DNA of 63,405 nt, filler included, from Lenisia limosa (lineage: Eukaryota > Protista > Breviatea), in NCBI GenBank assembly GCA_001655205.1. It is 16 parts of 16 records of this genome, joined end to end, with 100 filler letters (N's around TTAATTAATTAA, not from the genome) between each part and the next. Parts side by side here need not be neighbours in the genome. Positions count along the whole stretch, not along the records: positions 11,679 to 13,881 come from LPNZ01004841.1; positions 13,982 to 16,891 come from LPNZ01009102.1; positions 16,992 to 20,272 come from LPNZ01003330.1; positions 20,373 to 27,885 come from LPNZ01002363.1; 12 more parts are not named here. The stretch is one strand, 5' to 3'. Position 1 is the first letter of the stretch; each line of letters starts with the position of its first letter. Below are positions 11,679-23,300 of the stretch, piece by piece. The notes under the pieces are model-generated. The model made no database searches. It was not told where the DNA came from and saw only the letters and a list, made by a program, of their open reading frames with translations. A program made the translations under genes and the position numbers.

Positions 11679-13670
11679 TAACAGGCGACAGTGGCATCGG
11701 TAAAACCGCCATAGTGGAGCGACTTGCTCAGATGTTTTTGTCACAGTCGTCAGCTATCCAACAAAGCCCCGTTTTATCAAGTTCCTGTGGGGGGTCTAAT
11801 AGGGTTATTCATGTGGGTGGTTATTCGTACATATTTTTTTCACCTTGGTGGAACAGCTGAGATTCATAGCACGTTTCACCTGTTTTATCTATTTTATCTA
11901 TTTTTCGTTGCATAAAATTTCCAATTTTACTCCCCCCCCCCCCCCNNNNNNNNNNNNNNNNNNNNNNNNNNNNNNNNNNNNNNNNNNNNNNNNNNNNNNN
12001 NNNNNNNNNNNNNNNNNNNNNNNNNNNNNNNNNNNNNNNNNNNNNNNNNNNNNNNNNNNNNNNNNNNNNNNNNNNNNNNNNNNNNNNNNNNNNNNNNNNN
12101 NNNNNNNNNNNNNNNNTTTGGTTTTGAGGTATTTGATTTTAATCTATTAATTAAAATTATTAACTTGAGTATTATTTTTCGCATAACCTCTGGTGTTGCA
12201 AGGTACTTACCAATTGTATTTCTCATACATTTCCTCACTTTGTCAATTCTTACATTTTTTCAAACATATGAGCAGTTTCAATCAGTGCATTTTTTCATTG
12301 GCACAGGGAATCCCGTCGTTCAACAGCGAAAGAACCTGGGTGGTATGCGGGGTTGGGGTTGGGGGATATGAGAGGAGTGTGTGGAGGAGGTTTGCTTCTT
12401 GTTTTTTTATTTTTGGCTTCATTTTTATATTCATTATTATTTAGTTTTGTATAAATTTTCCAATCCCCCCCCCCCCCNNNNNNNNNNNNNNNNNNNNNNN
12501 NNNNNNNNNNNNNNNNNNNNNNNNNNNNNNNNNNNNNNNNNNNNNNNNNNNNNNNNNNNNNNNNNNNNGCTTTTAAGGTCGGGGAATGGGGTGGAAGGAT
12601 GAGAGATCTAAGGGAAACGAAAAGTAGGACATACATTTCCATCACCCATCCGCCACCCGTCCCATTGATTTTGGTAATTTCATTTGATTATTATGATTAT
12701 AAATGGCCATTCTGCTTGTTTTTTTTGTGGTATTTCAGATTATTCGGTACGTGATCAGTACCTTTACGCAAATATTCTTCATCGCAATTTCTTTCGTTTT
12801 AAGTTGATTTGGGTTTTTGTTTTTGTTTCATAAATTGGCCATTTTACCCCCGTAGTGTCTCATGACCCTCCCCGAATGCAAAAGAGAGTTTGTTTCCGAC
12901 TTCACTCAAGCTGCCTCGAACGAGTTGACCACTTTGATCAGTCTTCTCCCTGATATGGCTCAGGCCCTCGGGATAAGACAGAGAAAGGTGAGGGGTGTAT
13001 TTAGGGCTTCACTTCGGTTCGAAAAAGACTGAAATTCTCGATAAATTCTCGATATTTTCTGGTATTTTTCGAACCGAAGGGTTTTTGATTTTGAGAAGAG
13101 AGTAAGAACCCTCGGATAACACAAAGTATCATGCGGGGAGAGAGAAAGGTGTATGTGCAGAGGTGGGGGTGATACTATGGTAGCATATTCTTTCACCCTA
13201 ACTCACGAGCGGCCTTGCATCAATCAATAATAAGATAAGAAATCGTAATAATAATAATCAGAAAACATTAAAATAAAAATAAAATAAAATAATAATAATA
13301 ATAATAATCATAAAAAATAACCCTATTTAGTCCCAGGACCACCCGCACAGTTTGATTCAACCGTCCGCACTGACCTTTGAAGTCGTATTGTTCTGCAGAT
13401 TGATCACCAGAGTAGGACGGACTACGATTTCTCTTGTTGTTAAGGAAAGCTGTAAAGCTATGTGACTTGTTTCTGATATCATTACTATCATCATCATCAC
13501 CATCACCATCATCATCATCATAAAGCATCATCATAGCATCATCAACTTCACCATCCAGCACTTCCCCCTCTTGCTGATTGTCGACAACATCGAAGACATC
13601 CCACAGTCGTCTTTGGTCTTTTTTAGAGCCTTAGCGGAACCCCTAAGAACCGAATATCCCTTTGTAATGT
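11679..13670 (+). CDS. Partial multi-exon P-loop NTPase (AAA_16/STAND-like)
   Basis: Walker A TGDSGIGKTAIVERLAQ (11680-11731) and a Walker B exon from 13559, HFPLLLIVDNIEDIPQSSLVFFRAL. Intervening exon ~12856-12987. Confidence 0.6.
13003..13080. mobile_element. MITE family A copy
   Basis: agggcttcacttcggttcgaaaaagactg...ttttcgaaccgaag, immediately inside an intron 5' end. Confidence 0.8.
13245..13555. repeat. Low-complexity (TAA)n/(CAT)n intronic tracts
   Basis: Runs of aataat and catcat. Confidence 0.8.
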
Positions 13671-14191
13671 ACAGGGGGGTCATATTGTTTGTATAGTGTG
13701 GGGAGGACTATACCTTCACAAAGGGGTGGCAGCGCCGGTTCAAAAAAAGACTGGATTTCTCGATAGATCCTCGAAAACTATCAATATTTTACTTGTCTTT
13801 TTGGAACCGAAGTGAATCCCTATATACAATAGTGTTGATTTTAGGCGCTTTTTTTGTTTCATAAATTTCTTTTGTTTTATCNNNNNNNNNNNNNNNNNNN
13901 NNNNNNNNNNNNNNNNNNNNNNNNNTTAATTAATTAANNNNNNNNNNNNNNNNNNNNNNNNNNNNNNNNNNNNNNNNNNNNAAATCGAAAATCGAAAAAG
14001 CGTTCGCGTTCATGGGAGTGTTCGCGTTCATGTATAGTCACTATATATAATATGCACATTATACGATACTCAAACAAAATAACACGTTATTCGCTTCATG
14101 ATGGGATTAAGCTGTGAACATATTCCAATCTCCTCAGATTCCCTATCGTTAGAGGGAGGTAGTGATTGACCAATCGTTGCGTCTTGATATA

Positions 14192-14270
14192 AACAGTGAC
14201 CTCGATAAGTCCTGACAAGATTGACTCAATATAAAGCTCAATAACCGTGTCGGTACTTACTGTTTTTTTC
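14192..14270. mobile_element. MITE family C variant
   Basis: cagtgacctcgataagtcctgac...ataaagctcaata; reverse-complement match to 52635-52713. Confidence 0.6.
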
Positions 14271-14564
14271 ATATTGTCTTGCTCTTCAAAGCCGATTATG
14301 TTTACGGTAACAACCCTACAATATATATTTCGTATATAACCCATGTTACATTATCTTGTTCCTAAGTGTATTTATTTGTTTCCCAAGATATCTAATGTAT
14401 ATCATATAATTTCTCTTGTTCAAAAAAAAATCCTAAAGCCTACTCTGAGAAGGGGCATTCTCTCCGGTTCAGCCACCATTGTTTTCTAAGAAGTTATTTT
14501 TTGGACAAATGTTATTCTTGGGATATTGTAGACTCCTACACTGATTTCTATTTTGGCCCTATTT

Positions 14565-14662
14565 AGGGCTTCACTTCGGTTCGAAAAAGACCGGTAAAAT
14601 ATCGATAGTTTTCGAGGATTTATCGAGAATTTCAGTCTTTTTTCGAACCGAAGTGAAGCAAC
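14565..14662. mobile_element. MITE family A, near-consensus copy
   Basis: agggcttcacttcggttcgaaaaagaccggtaaaatatcgatagttttcgaggatttatcgagaatttcagtcttttttcgaaccgaagtgaagc. Confidence 0.9.
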
Positions 14663-14879
14663 TACCCCTATTGGTGTCTTAAACATCCGAAGGGGGTGGG
14701 GTGAACAAATATATCATTTGTATATATCTACAACCCAACACAGCATTTCCAGCGATCTTGACTTATTGGGACAATCTATCACACCAACCTTTTCCTCTTC
14801 CTGCCTTTTCAACTAACCTTTTCTTCTTATATCGAACCAACTTTTTCCTCTTCTGTATATCGACCCCCCCCCCACTTTC

Positions 14880-16210
14880 TCTTCCTCTTCTTGAGGTTCG
14901 GCATCTTCGACAGTTCGAGCGGGGTTGGTCATATACAGCATGTCCTGAATGAACGTCGACCTTCCAGGGTCAAAGGTAAGGAAAATAAGTCAAAGATTAG
15001 GAAAATAATGGTCAAGACAAGAAGGGCCAACAATCAGGAAAAGAAGGGTCAAAGATAAGGATCAAAGATCAGGACAAGATACGGAAAAGAAAAGAAAAAG
15101 AAAAAGAAAGAAAAGATAAGGATGACAGAAATAATAGAATGTTAAATTGACAATCATCAGAACAAAAGATACCATTATCGGTTAATATACCCTTCACGGT
15201 CAAAGAAAACGCAAAAAAATTGGAAAAGAAATAGCCTAAAATAATAATAATAGGATCTTGGATTGTTAATAATAAGGAAAATATAAGATATTGGTAGACC
15301 TGGTAAACTGCCGCAACACCAGCACCCCCTCTAACCTCGCATGGGGCGCCAGCTTCTTAATAGCCTCCTGTACATCTTCCGGGGAGTTGGCAGACCAGTC
15401 TTCATCGATGTCAGAGAAGTCCGAGTCTCGAGGGGCATCTTCGTCTTCTGAGGTGGGTTAATGAAAAATTTATGAAACAAACAAAAAAATAATCTCAAAA
15501 TGAAATCCTCCGGTGAGAAACACACGAGGGTTGAAAACAACAAAACAAGCCCCGACCAGTCGNNNNNNNNNNNNNNNNNNNNNNNNNNNNNNNNNNNNNN
15601 NNNNNNNNNNNNNNNNNNNNNNNNNNNNNNNNNNNNNNNNNNNNNNNNNNNNNNNNNNNNNNNNNNNNNNNNNNNNNNNNNNNNNNNNNNNNNNNNNNNN
15701 NNNNNNNNNNNNNNNNNNNNNNNNNNNNNNNNNNNNNNNNNNNNNNNNNNNTATCCTTCATAGATGAGAGATTCAATAAAAAAAAATTACAATAGTAATG
15801 TAATAAACTTAAACAAAACAATACTATTGATAATATCCATAGAAAAATATGTACAACTACATGTATATATCACTGAAAAATAAAAAACTAGGTTGTATTA
15901 ATAGTCTTATTATTTTACTAGAATTCAATATCTCTTATAAGCGTGGTGGTATGGACGGCTTCGGCCGGTGCAGAAGCTAATCTCGCCAATATAACAACAG
16001 CATGGGGTATAAGCATCAAAATAAAGCTCATAATATATTATGAAAGCTAAGAAGGAATACAATAACAAAAACAAACAGAAAATAAAATACAATAACAAAA
16101 ACAAACACTATTATTATTTAATTGTAGATTCTGCCTTTGCCCAACATACGGTGAACGGGTTTTGCAGGTTCCTGACGGGGGGCTGTGCTGCGGCAGCGGC
16201 AAGCTGGGGG
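14880..16210 (-). CDS. Partial multi-exon gene, unknown product
   Basis: Open GT-AG-bounded exons, e.g. ~15336-15447 EDEDAPRDSDFSDIDEDWSANSPEDVQEAIKKLAPHA and FDPGRSTFIQDMLYMTNP. No family recognised. Confidence 0.4.
15448..15560 (-). repeat. Family E, near-full-length copy ending at the acceptor AG
   Basis: Reverse complement: gactggtcgggcttgttttgttgttttcaaccctcgtgtg...gtttcataaatttttcattaacccacctcAG|exon. Confidence 0.8.
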
Positions 16211-16670
16211 ACTAATTGGTCTAGGGGTAGAATGAGAGGGGGCGTAAATACGGACAATTTATGAAATAGCAAAACAGAAACCAATAATCATCATGGAGTG
16301 GAATTGGATGAAAGAGGAGTGGGATAGGGGCAAGCTGGGAGATAAGTTGGTCTGAGATGGGATGAGAGGGGATCTGAAATGTGGGAAAATTGTTAAACCA
16401 AACATCCCCATATCAAAAGGGGAATGTATTGCTTTTATCCACTCCAAAAAATTATTAATTACTCTTATCTCTAGCACCAACCCCAGAAANNNNNNNNNNN
16501 NNNNNNNNNNNNNNNNNNNNNNNNNNNNNNNNNNNNNNNNNNNNNNNNNNNNNNNNNNNNNNNNNNNNNNNNNNNNNNNNNNNNNNNNNNNNNNNNNNNN
16601 NNNNNNNNNNNNNNNNNNNNNNNNNNNNNNAGGGAATGGTAAATATCTCAGGGGAAAGGTGTAAAACCTA

Positions 16671-16748
16671 CAGTAACCTGGATAAGTCTTGACCGATTAT
16701 CTACGTAATATCTCAGGGAAAATCGGTCAAGACTTATCCTGTTCACTA
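16671..16748. mobile_element. MITE family C (CAGTG-type TIR, TA flanks; Tc1/mariner-like)
   Basis: TA|cagtaacctggataagtcttgaccgatt...aatcggtcaagacttatcctgttcacta|TA. Confidence 0.8.
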
Positions 16749-17254
16749 TAATGAGCAGAGAATGGTGAAAACAAACATCTTAGGGGAAAGGTGAAAAACA
16801 ACAGATAATGAGCAAAGAGTGAACAACAAACATACATATCTGTAGAGTCCAGAAATGTGATATTTTTTGGAAATGTGATATTTTTTCAAAANNNNNNNNN
16901 NNNNNNNNNNNNNNNNNNNNNNNNNNNNNNNNNNNTTAATTAATTAANNNNNNNNNNNNNNNNNNNNNNNNNNNNNNNNNNNNNNNNNNNNCACCATCAC
17001 GCTTATAAGGGTATTGAATTATAGTGTAATATTAAATCACCCAATAATTTGCCTTACAACTCTGTGCACAGCTTTCTGCATGCCTCTGTAGTACACATAG
17101 TTTTGAATACCCCACATTTTATTGTAAGCACCCCCCCCTCCCTCCCCAAACAGTCCAAATATGAGAAGCTCAAGGGAATTTAAATTATACACTTTTCGGA
17201 CAACACGATCTATTTTGCGACAAGTTATAAGGTAGCACGCCATTAATTATGTCT

Positions 17255-17340
17255 GGGGCTTCCCTACAGTCCCTAAAAAGACCGAATATCTCGATAAATC
17301 TTCGATACCTAGACGTCTTTTTCGGAACGCAGGGAAGCCT
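17255..17340. mobile_element. MITE subfamily A2 (GGGCTTCCCTAC TIR)
   Basis: ggggcttccctacagtccctaaaaagacc...gtctttttcggaacgcagggaagcct; same internal TCGA-rich core as family A. Confidence 0.75.
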
Positions 17341-17499
17341 TCCTTATTATGTCATTCCATGTCCACGAATATGTTATAGTGTAGAGATGAGATAAAAACA
17401 TTATATTAGATTTTTTGTTCTTATAACCGATTTGATAGTTTTTTAAAAATACACCCCTCTCCTCAAACAGTCAAAATATGAGAAGCTCCGGGGGATAGT

Positions 17500-19745
17500 A
17501 AGGGTACAAATAGAATCCGAAGAGCAAACGCCAGATGTTGAAGCCTCACTCGCCTCTGGGTTGCTCGGGTCGCTGAGGCTGGAGGGTGAGGAGTGGTTTC
17601 ACCGGTTCGAAAACAGACTGAATTTTTCGATAAATCCACGAAATCCATCGATATTTTACAGGTATTTTTCGAAGAGAAGCCTGGGTAGGATATTTATCGA
17701 GAAATTTTGTCTATTTTCGAAGTGAAGCCCTACTTGCACCACTAATAAAAAAGGTACATATCCCTCTTACACAAGGGAATACTCCAGCTCAGGCCCAAAA
17801 GCATAAAATGACACTTCTCTGGACTTTCCGAGGTCAATGAGGGTCTCCTGGATGGTAGGCGGCAAGAAGGGCTGAGTGGTGAGAAGAAGGGCTGACTGAT
17901 GAGAAGAAGGACTGAGTGGTGAGAAGAAGGTGATGGAGAGTAAAATTTGAAAATTTATGAAACAGAAAAGCTCAAATCATCTCTGTGGTCACACGAGGGT
18001 TGATAACAACAAAACAAAGCCCAGGACAGTCACTTCTGCAGCACAACATCCCATCACTCCAGCGTAAAATATGAAAATGTATGAAAAAAAAAAGAAGACG
18101 ATCGACTCACAGAGCAGGCATGGTCCTTTGTATCTGCCTGCCCAACCACCCAATAACCCCACTTCAATATTCAACTCCAAGTCAAGGAACACCTGGTCGC
18201 TGCCCCAGATATAGAGCGAATATACGTCCGTAATTCCGGATGTCACGTTCACCGTGTAGTGCCAGCCGTATTCCTGATTGTGTAATTTGGAGTGAAAAAT
18301 AGCATAAAATTGTGAAGAAATGAATGAACTGCCTGAACAAATTTACTACATAATATGTGATATATAACAATAATAAATCATATATTTTATCCCGGTCACT
18401 TTTTCTATCATATGATATACACTACTATACGCAGTTAATCATGACTAACAACAAGAGCTTCACTTTTTGGTTCCAAAAGATAAAGAATAGCGATATTTAT
18501 CGAGGATTCGTGAAAATTAAAACCAAAAGTGAAGCTCTGTTAACATGAAACAAGAGTTCTCACGATAATAAATAAAAAAAATGAAAATCCCCCCTACGAG
18601 GACGAGGGGATACTGGAATTGTGGCTTTTTAGTCCGAGGTTCGAAGAAGACGAGAAAGGCAATTTCAGTCAATTCGGTTGCAGTCACTGCATTATGATAA
18701 ATACAAGGTTGTTTATTTTCCACAGCTTGGTTCCTTAATATACATATGATATGATGCTAAAACAAAAAAAGGGACTATCTGACCGAAACTGTCTTCACCA
18801 CTACCACATGATGACAAAAGATAAGTAATTGGATTATAGTATAATATTAATTCATCCAATCAGTATAATATAGCTACATATGATTACACGTTCGCAAACT
18901 ATCGAAAGAGATGAAACACGGCTCGTTAAAAGGTGCATAGAGGGTGTCGCGGGGTTCTTCAGCGATAATGTCTGGGTGTAATCAGGGGTTAAAGTGAGTA
19001 TATCAATAATGGTCATTATCAATGTATCATTAGGGCTTCACTTCGGTTCGAAAAATGCCTGAATTTCTCGATAAATCCTCAAAAACTATCCTAGACTTAC
19101 CGGTCTCTTACGTACCAAATATAATAATATAATACTATCTCTTCAAGGAAGGCCTATTCTTCGATGATTTGCTATGCAAGACACATTTCCCATTTGAACT
19201 AGGGCTTCACTTTGGTTCGAAAAAGACCGAATTTCTCGACAAATCTTCGAAATTTATCGATATTGTAATGGTATTTTCCGAACCGAAGTGAAGCCCTCAT
19301 TTGAACTCCTGCTTTAATAACTGGAAACCTAACCAACCGAATCGCCTATTGATGCGGTCGATAATAAGACCCTTTCCTATGCCCTGAAAGAGTGAGTTCA
19401 AATTATTTTCTCAAATTAATAAATAAATATATTTTACAAATTAATTCATGTTTTCAGCTACCCCCCCCCCACATACACATAATAGAATATTTGTAAATTT
19501 TATTTGATATGTAATATTTGATAAATAGGATGTATGACTATAATATATAATATCATATATTATAGGCATATTAATATGTACATATCAATACACATAAAAA
19601 TACATACATGTATATATAATACATCCCCCACACATATACAGCCGCTCTATTGACATCCTGAGACTTGGACTTCCACCAGCCGTTAGCGTAGTACTCCACT
19701 TCGGTTTGGTAGGGGACCACTCGGAAGTATAGAAATCCGAATGCT
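17500..19745 (-). CDS. Partial multi-exon gene, unknown product (possibly with an Ig/filamin-like beta-rich segment)
   Basis: Open exons: AFGFLYFRVVPYQTEVEYYANGWWKSK; EYGWHYTVNVTSGITDVYSLYIWGSDQVFLDLELNIE; IQETLIDLGKSREVSFYAFGPELEYSL. Confidence 0.4.
17864..17937. repeat. 20-bp tandem repeat, about 3.5 units
   Basis: gaagaagggctgagtggtga / gaagaagggctgactgatga / gaagaaggactgagtggtga. Confidence 0.85.
17938..18032 (-). repeat. Family E copy
   Basis: Reverse complement: gtgactgtcctgggctttgttttgttgttatcaaccctcgtgtg...gtttcataaattttcaaattttactc. Confidence 0.8.
19201..19297. mobile_element. MITE family A copy with a perfect 10-bp TSD
   Basis: catttgaact|agggcttcac...gtgaagccct|catttgaact. Confidence 0.92.
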
Positions 19746-20372
19746 AAGAGGGTAAAATTGGTATTTTATGAAAAAAAAAAAAAAAAANNNNNNNNNNNNN
19801 NNNNNNNNNNNNNNNNNNNNNNNNNNNNNNNNNNNNNNNNNNNNNNNNNNNNNNNNNNNNNNNNNNNNNNNNNNNNNNNNNNNNNNNNNNNNNNNNNNNN
19901 NNNNNNNNNNNNNNNNNNNNNNNNNNNNNNNNNNNNNNNNNNNNNNNNNNNNNNNNCATGATTCTCTGTTTTTTTTTTGCATAAATACCCTTACTTACCC
20001 CTTGCACACACAGACAATGTGTGATGGCGAAGGCGCTCCGCGGTAATTATTGTAATTTGTTTATGATAAATAGGGCTTCACTTCGGTTCGAAAAACACAA
20101 GGGTTTATCGAGAATTCATTTTTGAACCGAAGTGCAAATGGTATCCTTAAGTATTCTCATATTTTCTTGACTAATATAAAACACACCACAGTCTATTTAT
20201 TTTTCTTCCCCTTTCCCTATCATGATTCTCTTTTTGTTGCAAAAATTCACCTCTTTTAATCCCCCCATAAACNNNNNNNNNNNNNNNNNNNNNNNNNNNN
20301 NNNNNNNNNNNNNNNNTTAATTAATTAANNNNNNNNNNNNNNNNNNNNNNNNNNNNNNNNNNNNNNNNNNNN

Positions 20373-23300
20373 CTTAACCTCGATATGGTGTTAAGATAGT
20401 GATGTTGTTTGCAGGGACTCCCGACTCCAAGAAGTGCAACACTAGTGAAACTACCTGAATTATTAAAGTTGTGAGAACAATACTGTACATGATGTAATTC
20501 CCACAAGTCGATGCGAAGATAAAGGCTAGATCAAAGTGCAAACCCAAATTTTCAGAAACACTCTGAGGTTTTGTCTTATTCAAATTTTTTGACAATTTTG
20601 TTCCCAATATCAAACTCAAAATTTAAGGTATCGTTTCCGATGATATACTCCCCAAACTCCATACCAAATTGGCTTCATAGATGTTGCAAGGAGACGTGCC
20701 GCGGGATTGTTCCTTTACAAATGAACAAATAGTGACGTGACCACGATACACACAAGACTTAACGTAAAGCTAAACATCGATATCAGGCCTTATCGCGATC
20801 AGCATTTGCAAGACATTAAAATGCAATTGAGGAGAGCTTGATTATGATATCAATTTTTTTTGTGTCACTTTTTTTCAGAATAAATTCTGACAACAAAATA
20901 CAGCATATGGAGTTGTAGTATCATTATACACTACGGTGCATCGACTTGGGATTCTAAGGAATTCCCATCTTTGACATGGAATCCCGTGGAATTTATTGAT
21001 ATTCGAAGTAATTTGTGGGATTCCCAAATAATACCAGGAAATCCCTTGTCTATGCGCCTTTGTTGTGAAAGTATAAATGGCACATAATCAGATAACTTAC
21101 AGGATTTCTATGGGAGAGAAAGGCCATTCGGAGGATGTCATCTGTAAAAATTAGGAAAATAGCAATTTTTTTTTATTATTATTTCATTGTAAACATTTGT
21201 TTTTCTTCTCCCTCATACCCAAATTATAGTCCAGTCCCCCCCTCCCCCGCCCATCTTTTCCCTTCTCCAATATACCCCCCCACTTTTTCCATTCTTGAAG
21301 ATGCCAGGGAGACCCGGGTACCTGGCCCCATATTGGGAGATAATATCTCGAGATTCCGGGGACACCTCGGATATAATGTTCTAAATAAGTGAAGAAGGTG
21401 ACCTTATTTCTCAATTGGGTTACTCGAAGCAAGATTTTAAGCTGGCTGAAGCAAAAGAGATATTGCATAATATTGTTAATATTAATTCAATTCTTTACCT
21501 GATAATTTTACAGTTATATAAAAGCTGATTGCACAGAGTCCCATACAATCATCAATCATCCATTAAATAAAGAGGGCCTGCCTACTTTATAAGCCCATGA
21601 AAAAAGAGGGGTCAGATCAGGATGCATGCGTCGTTGAGTATGTAAGGAGACATGAGGCTGATTTTCTTCGATGAGGCGCTCAAACATACTCATTCCCTAT
21701 TTGGTAAGTGTTCATCTTATTTGGTAAGTGGATATTCCCTATTTGGTAATTGTGCTTCCATACTTTCCAAATTTGGTTAGCATTTTTGCAATTTGGGGTA
21801 CTCTTATGCATTAGAGCTTCGAAACGTGATAAAAAATTCGGTGATATTGAGAAATCTGAGTGAAGCTCAATTGGTATGAATTAATATTATTATGAACCTT
21901 AAGTTTAGAAATTTATGAATATGTCATGCTCTCTGAAAATAAGTAAAACATCCTACTATATATCATAAAATATATATGTATATAATAATATATACAGTGT
22001 ATATTATATATTACTATATCATATGCATAATCATATGTACATATATTACTATAACGATATATAAAATTTTTATTCATGATATAATATACATGTAGTATAC
22101 TCAAGTTGTTTTTTCTCATATATCATATGATCGATGTACAGAAATGAAAAATAAAACAAGGTTGTATCTGGCCGAGGCCGTTCACACCATCACGCTTATA
22201 GGAGATATTGGATTGAATAATATGAATTCACCCAATCATTTGCCTAATACTGGACACACAGGTTTTTGTGTGCCCCAACCCCAACTAAGTTGGCAGTCTA
22301 TATCGTATTGGAGCAAATTGTGCATTATGGCAAACAAATAGAAAATTATCTGTGACCGACCCAGCTTTCGAAATCAACATGCCCAAACTTGGTATTCCCC
22401 AAACTAAAATCCAATGGACACTAAGCCACAATGCTAAATGTCCCCATTGAATTAAGGTTTGATAAAGCATGGACAACAGAAGGAAAAAGCCTCCACCATG
22501 AGTGGTTATATTTCTTATTTGAAATTGCACCCCAAGCTACTTGGTATGTTATTAGATGAAAAATGTTGCCTACAAGGTCTTTCTCTCTTCGAAGGAGATC
22601 ATACGAAACTACTGGATAGAGTTGCTTGTGATCCCCTAAAGCGATGAATCCACACTTGACGTTGAGCATTGCAGCTGTAATTTGCTCAAATTCAACGACA
22701 AAATTCGAGATTAAATAGTCTAAAATGAACAATGTGTACGGCTTCCCTAAGATCCGAAAAGTGCATATTTCTCGAGGAGTTATCGGGCAATTAGTCTTTT
22801 TTGGGATCGTAAGGAAGCCCTAACAATGTGTCATTCTTTAGGGTTGTGAATGGTCCACCAACACTTTACCTATTCGTTCCTCTCCCTTTACCATTCCTCT
22901 CAGCCACCGAATACTCCCCATAAACGATTATTTACACCGTTTCCCTTCTCTCGCACATAATCTACTCCCACACACAAACTGCTTTAATGCCCCTAGTGCT
23001 TCACTTCGGTTACAAAAAACGGAATTACTCGATAAATCCTCGAAAACTATCGATATTTCAGTGTTCTTTTTCGAGCCGAAGTGAAGCCCTACNNNNNNNN
23101 NNNNNNNNNNNNNNNNNNNNNNNNNNNNNNNNNNNNNNNNNNNNNNNNNNNNNNNNNNNNNNNNNNNNNNNNNNNNNNNNNNNNNNNNNNNNNNNNNNNN
23201 NNNNNNNNNNNNNNNNNNNNNNNNNNNNNNCAACCTCCTCCGTGAGTGTTTTGCATCTACGCCAATGTTTCGAAAGTTGCTTTGCCCCCTCCCCCACCAT

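Noticed and set aside
14585-14625. TATCGATA (DRE/DREF site) in the MITE-A core as a regulatory element
   Set aside because: DRE function is established in animals only. Here it is simply part of a TCGA-rich repeat core, with no supporting evidence.
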